Of a stretch of 64,000 bases of DNA, positions 61,218-64,000 are shown piece by piece. The notes below the pieces were generated by a model. That model did no database searches, had not been told where the DNA came from, and was given only the letters and a program-made list of their open reading frames with translations. The position numbers and the translations under genes were made by a program. How positions within the stretch are numbered: position 1 is the stretch's first letter; every line of letters starts with the position of its first letter. The stretch spans positions 544,001 to 608,000 of the forward strand of contig CM000434.1 of NCBI GenBank assembly GCA_000165345.1. Reading direction: 5' to 3'.

Positions 61218-63296
61218 ATGAAAGATAACATCATGTCCGAGAATGACTCAGGCCATATTTCAACAGAAAATCTGTTAAATAATAATAACCAGGAAAAGGA
61301 TTTGTCAATAGACGATAATAATGTTGCAAATACGCCATCAGATGATTTTGGACATAAAGAAGAGGTTACTCAGGATTCTAGTCCAGTATCGCTAAATTCA
61401 TCGCCAATGCAAGAGCATAAAAGTGAGGTTGAGGATATAAAGGGAGAAATTGCTCAAACAGAAAAGTTTGATGAGTCGGTTTCCACTGAAACAAATGATG
61501 CAAAACAAGAAAATTTGGATGAAGTTAAGGAAGATAATACCACAGAAGGTAACCCTATGCAAGATGAGACCAATGATTCAAATATAGAGTTACAATGTGC
61601 TAATAATTCACTAGCTAAGGGAGAGTCCGCTCCATCTAATTCAGAGGAACATTCTGGTTCTATTAATATGCCAGAATTATCGCTTCCATATAAGCTCTGG
61701 ATTGACGCAAAGAGCAGAGACTGGATACTTGAATGGCAGACAAAGAATGGAAGATGGAGTGTTAGGAAGTTTAGTTGTAAGCGTTGGGGAAAAGGAAAAG
61801 CTTATTCTCATGCAATGAATTTCTTGGCATCATTGACTTCTTGTGGAATCATAAAGGATTCTAATTATAATCAGCAATTAGGAGATTCTAATGAATACTC
61901 AGCTGAATCTGTAAACCATGTAAACAGATCTGTTGAGGATGAACTTGTACTGCAATTCCTTTCCCAGCGTGATGCAGTTGCTAATGCAGAAAAACAAAAG
62001 AACGGATTCGGATCGAATTCTGGGTTGAATACACTAGCAGCTATCGCAGCTGCAGCTGCAGCTGCAGCCATTGCTTCAACTCCAACTAAGTCTCAGGCTC
62101 CAACTAAAGATCATGCTTCTTCTCAATCAACAGCCACACCTCAACCACAAGTTAGAGGTGCAGTCAGAAAGAGTGGTGTGCCTGGAGTCTATTGGAGCCA
62201 GAAGCCTCAAGGATGGAGAGTTGTTTACTACACCGGTAAAGATCGTGAGTTCGAATATTTCAAGGTTCCAGCGAACGCCTCAGAGGAAATAATCAGTGAA
62301 ATTCTGGAAGTAGCTAAGCGATTCAGATCTCAAGTTACTGCAGAAGGCCGTCACTTACCAAATGGTGCAGTAGGCTCCAGTTCAAAGAGAGCAAGAATGG
62401 CAGAAAGAAAAGCAGCTGCAGCTGCAGCAGCAGCTGCTGCTGCTGCTGCATCAGCTGCTCCTGACGCACCCAGACATTTACTTCAATCAAGAACTAATCA
62501 CTTCCCTGAGGAAGGACTCACAGATTATTTAAGGAATCCATCTGATATCACCTCAAAGAGTCTTTTAGAAACCGATCCCTTATCACAATTTTCATCCAAG
62601 TTTAGCCCAGCAAATATTGCAGGATTACAGAATCCGACAGGAGCTATGTCGCCAGGTCCTTATGAATGGCTCTATAATCCTTTATTAATGAACTTATATG
62701 GTAACTATTCTGCTGCAAGCCAGGCAGCTGCAATGCAGCAGTGGGCAATGTTTCAAAATTCCTTTTCTCAAAATGGCGGAATGCTTCCCTCAGCTATTCC
62801 AGGGCAAGTTGATACCTCCACTCCTCAAGCTAACCCAATGTTAAATTCCTTTTTGTCAAACCCATTCATGAATCCGTTTGGGTTACAAGTACCACCAATA
62901 CTAGGACAAAATGCAAACTTGATAGCTCAGATGCCTCAAGTTTCTACAATGAATCCAGCTTCACAAATGAACATGAATATGTTTGGTCGTTATTATGGAA
63001 TGACCCTTCCGCAAGGCCAAACCAACCACTCGCCAGCAGTATCTCCTATAGGTCAAAATGCCAATCCCGCATCTTCAGCTCCTTCACAACCTGATTCTGC
63101 GATGTGGTTTAATCAGCTTAATTCCGCACAGCAGTTAATGCCTAATCATGATCAACTAGTGCAACAACCAGCAACTTCGGACTCTTTTAACACATCTCGA
63201 GCAGATGAAGACACCTCCCTTATTAGCGAGACCACAAGCAAACAAACAGAAAATCTGCTCGAAGTCTCATCGAGCAGCAACAAGACATCCAGCTAA
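61218..63296 (+). CDS. ApiAP2 transcription factor with two AP2 domains and two poly-alanine tracts
   Basis: AP2-1 is LWIDAKSRDWILEWQTKNGRWSVRKFSCKRWGKGKAYSHAMNFL. AP2-2 is SGVPGVYWSQKPQGWRVVYYTGKDREFEYFKVPANASEEIISEILEVAKRFR. Ala runs are encoded by GCAGCTGCA repeats at 62041-62075 and 62410-62460. Confidence 0.85.
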   Translation: MKDNIMSENDSGHISTENLLNNNNQEKDLSIDDNNVANTPSDDFGHKEEVTQDSSPVSLNSSPMQEHKSEVEDIKGEIAQTEKFDESVSTETNDAKQENLDEVKEDNTTEGNPMQDETNDSNIELQCANNSLAKGESAPSNSEEHSGSINMPELSLPYKLWIDAKSRDWILEWQTKNGRWSVRKFSCKRWGKGKAYSHAMNFLASLTSCGIIKDSNYNQQLGDSNEYSAESVNHVNRSVEDELVLQFLSQRDAVANAEKQKNGFGSNSGLNTLAAIAAAAAAAAIASTPTKSQAPTKDHASSQSTATPQPQVRGAVRKSGVPGVYWSQKPQGWRVVYYTGKDREFEYFKVPANASEEIISEILEVAKRFRSQVTAEGRHLPNGAVGSSSKRARMAERKAAAAAAAAAAAAASAAPDAPRHLLQSRTNHFPEEGLTDYLRNPSDITSKSLLETDPLSQFSSKFSPANIAGLQNPTGAMSPGPYEWLYNPLLMNLYGNYSAASQAAAMQQWAMFQNSFSQNGGMLPSAIPGQVDTSTPQANPMLNSFLSNPFMNPFGLQVPPILGQNANLIAQMPQVSTMNPASQMNMNMFGRYYGMTLPQGQTNHSPAVSPIGQNANPASSAPSQPDSAMWFNQLNSAQQLMPNHDQLVQQPATSDSFNTSRADEDTSLISETTSKQTENLLEVSSSSNKTSS

Positions 63297-63742
63297 TGTA
63301 AAAAAGTCTCTAAAGTTTTTCAGGTTCTTATTTTTCTTGCCTCGAGCTAAATCTTCCAGGCAAGATTTTCTAGCTTACGCTTTATTTTTTTTCTTATGTA
63401 TCTTATGTTCCAATGAAAGCGAATTTGAACAATTAAAAAAAACAGGTTTGTCGCACTAATATTGTTATTCAAGGTTATTAATACCCGTCGCATCATGTTT
63501 TAGAGTATTCACTTATTGGCCAAAATGAGTGTTTTTTGACAGTTATTATCTAAATTGTCAGGCATGTATGCAATAATCCTTTAGATTGATTTATTAATTA
63601 ATAAATTAATAAATACAAGTAGTCGTTATTATAAATACCTAAATCAACTTTGTATTTAGATATCACTCTAATTCAGTTTTAGTTGAGTTTAACTTCTCTC
63701 GTAATACCTTTGGTGACTCTTAATTGTTGTTAAATCTCGATA

Positions 63743-64000
63743 TTATGAGTCTGAGAACTCTGTGGAGAATATTTCCGAAATTACTTTGGCCTTTATAGGG
63801 CCGATCCCCTGAATCTTTGAAAGCTCTTCTTCGGAAGCATTCACCACCTTTGAAATCGATCCAAAATGCTTTAAAAGATTCTCTGAGTCCGTCTTGTTAA
63901 TCCTTGGTAAGGAGCTCAAGGCGTCCCTGATTCTGGAAAACAAGTCTAACGAAAGCCCTCCCCTAATGATTTCGCTTGAAGAGTTTTCATGAGATTTTAA
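63743..64000 (-). CDS. ERCC1: ERCC1 (XPF partner) C-terminal (HhH)2 domain. The gene is partial; its N-terminus lies beyond the window end.
   Basis: INKTDSENLLKHFGSISKVVNASEEELSKIQGIGPIKAKVISEIF matches the ERCC1 HhH2 domain. The frame stays open through nt 64000. The M in the track is a TTG. Confidence 0.7.
   Translation of the reverse strand, partial: LKSHENSSSEIIRGGLSLDLFSRIRDALSSLPRINKTDSENLLKHFGSISKVVNASEEELSKIQGIGPIKAKVISEIFSTEFSDS

Noticed and set aside
63336-63364. 7-bp inverted repeat CTTGCCT...AGGCAAG just after the ApiAP2 stop
   Set aside because: The stem is short with a 15-nt loop, which is expected by chance at this scale. It is noted only as a possible 3'UTR hairpin.

Overview
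This window is about 64 kb of visibly AT-rich, very gene-dense eukaryotic nuclear DNA. It is not prokaryotic: there is no operon structure, and no CRISPR, IS or defence-island signatures. About 36 protein-coding genes and one tRNA-Ser are packed with intergenic spacers of 1-500 nt. Convergent gene pairs have stop codons that overlap or sit 1 nt apart. Most genes are single-exon, but a distinct class of tiny spliceosomal introns (44-72 nt; GTAAGT, GTATGT, GTGAGT, GTAAAT or GTAGAT donors; YAG acceptors) interrupts at least eight genes. These introns split several genes into ORF fragments in the supplied track, and two genes (PHF5A, a VSD protein tail) are absent from the track entirely. The ORF track also translates TTG/GTG/CTG as M, so several of its start positions are not real ATGs. 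The gene content most strongly suggests an apicomplexan of the Cryptosporidium type: an ApiAP2 factor with two AP2 domains, QSOX, a PAN/TSP1 adhesin with a TRAP-like acidic Trp tail, a MORN protein and glycogen phosphorylase. GC-rich E2F-like boxes (TTTGGCGCC, TTTCCCGC, TTTCGCGC) and TGCATGCA recur in the AT-rich promoters, consistent with that assignment. Genes I can recognise: APC1-like, BRWD/PHIP-like WD40, two mitochondrial carriers, Vps33-like SM protein, mRNA capping guanylyltransferase, DNA topoisomerase III, PHF5A/Rds3, CutA, SRR1-like, NAC-beta/BTF3, glycogen phosphorylase, RPL21, QSOX, CNOT2, HECT E3, tRNA-Ser(UGA), prenyltransferase alpha, Rpr2-like, tRNA isopentenyltransferase (6 exons), LUC7, FG-nucleoporin, MORN protein, MYST HAT, ApiAP2 and ERCC1 (partial). 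The most novel-looking item is a 211-aa, three-exon membrane protein whose S2-S3 region carries a near-textbook voltage-sensor-domain signature (Hv1-like, no pore domain).
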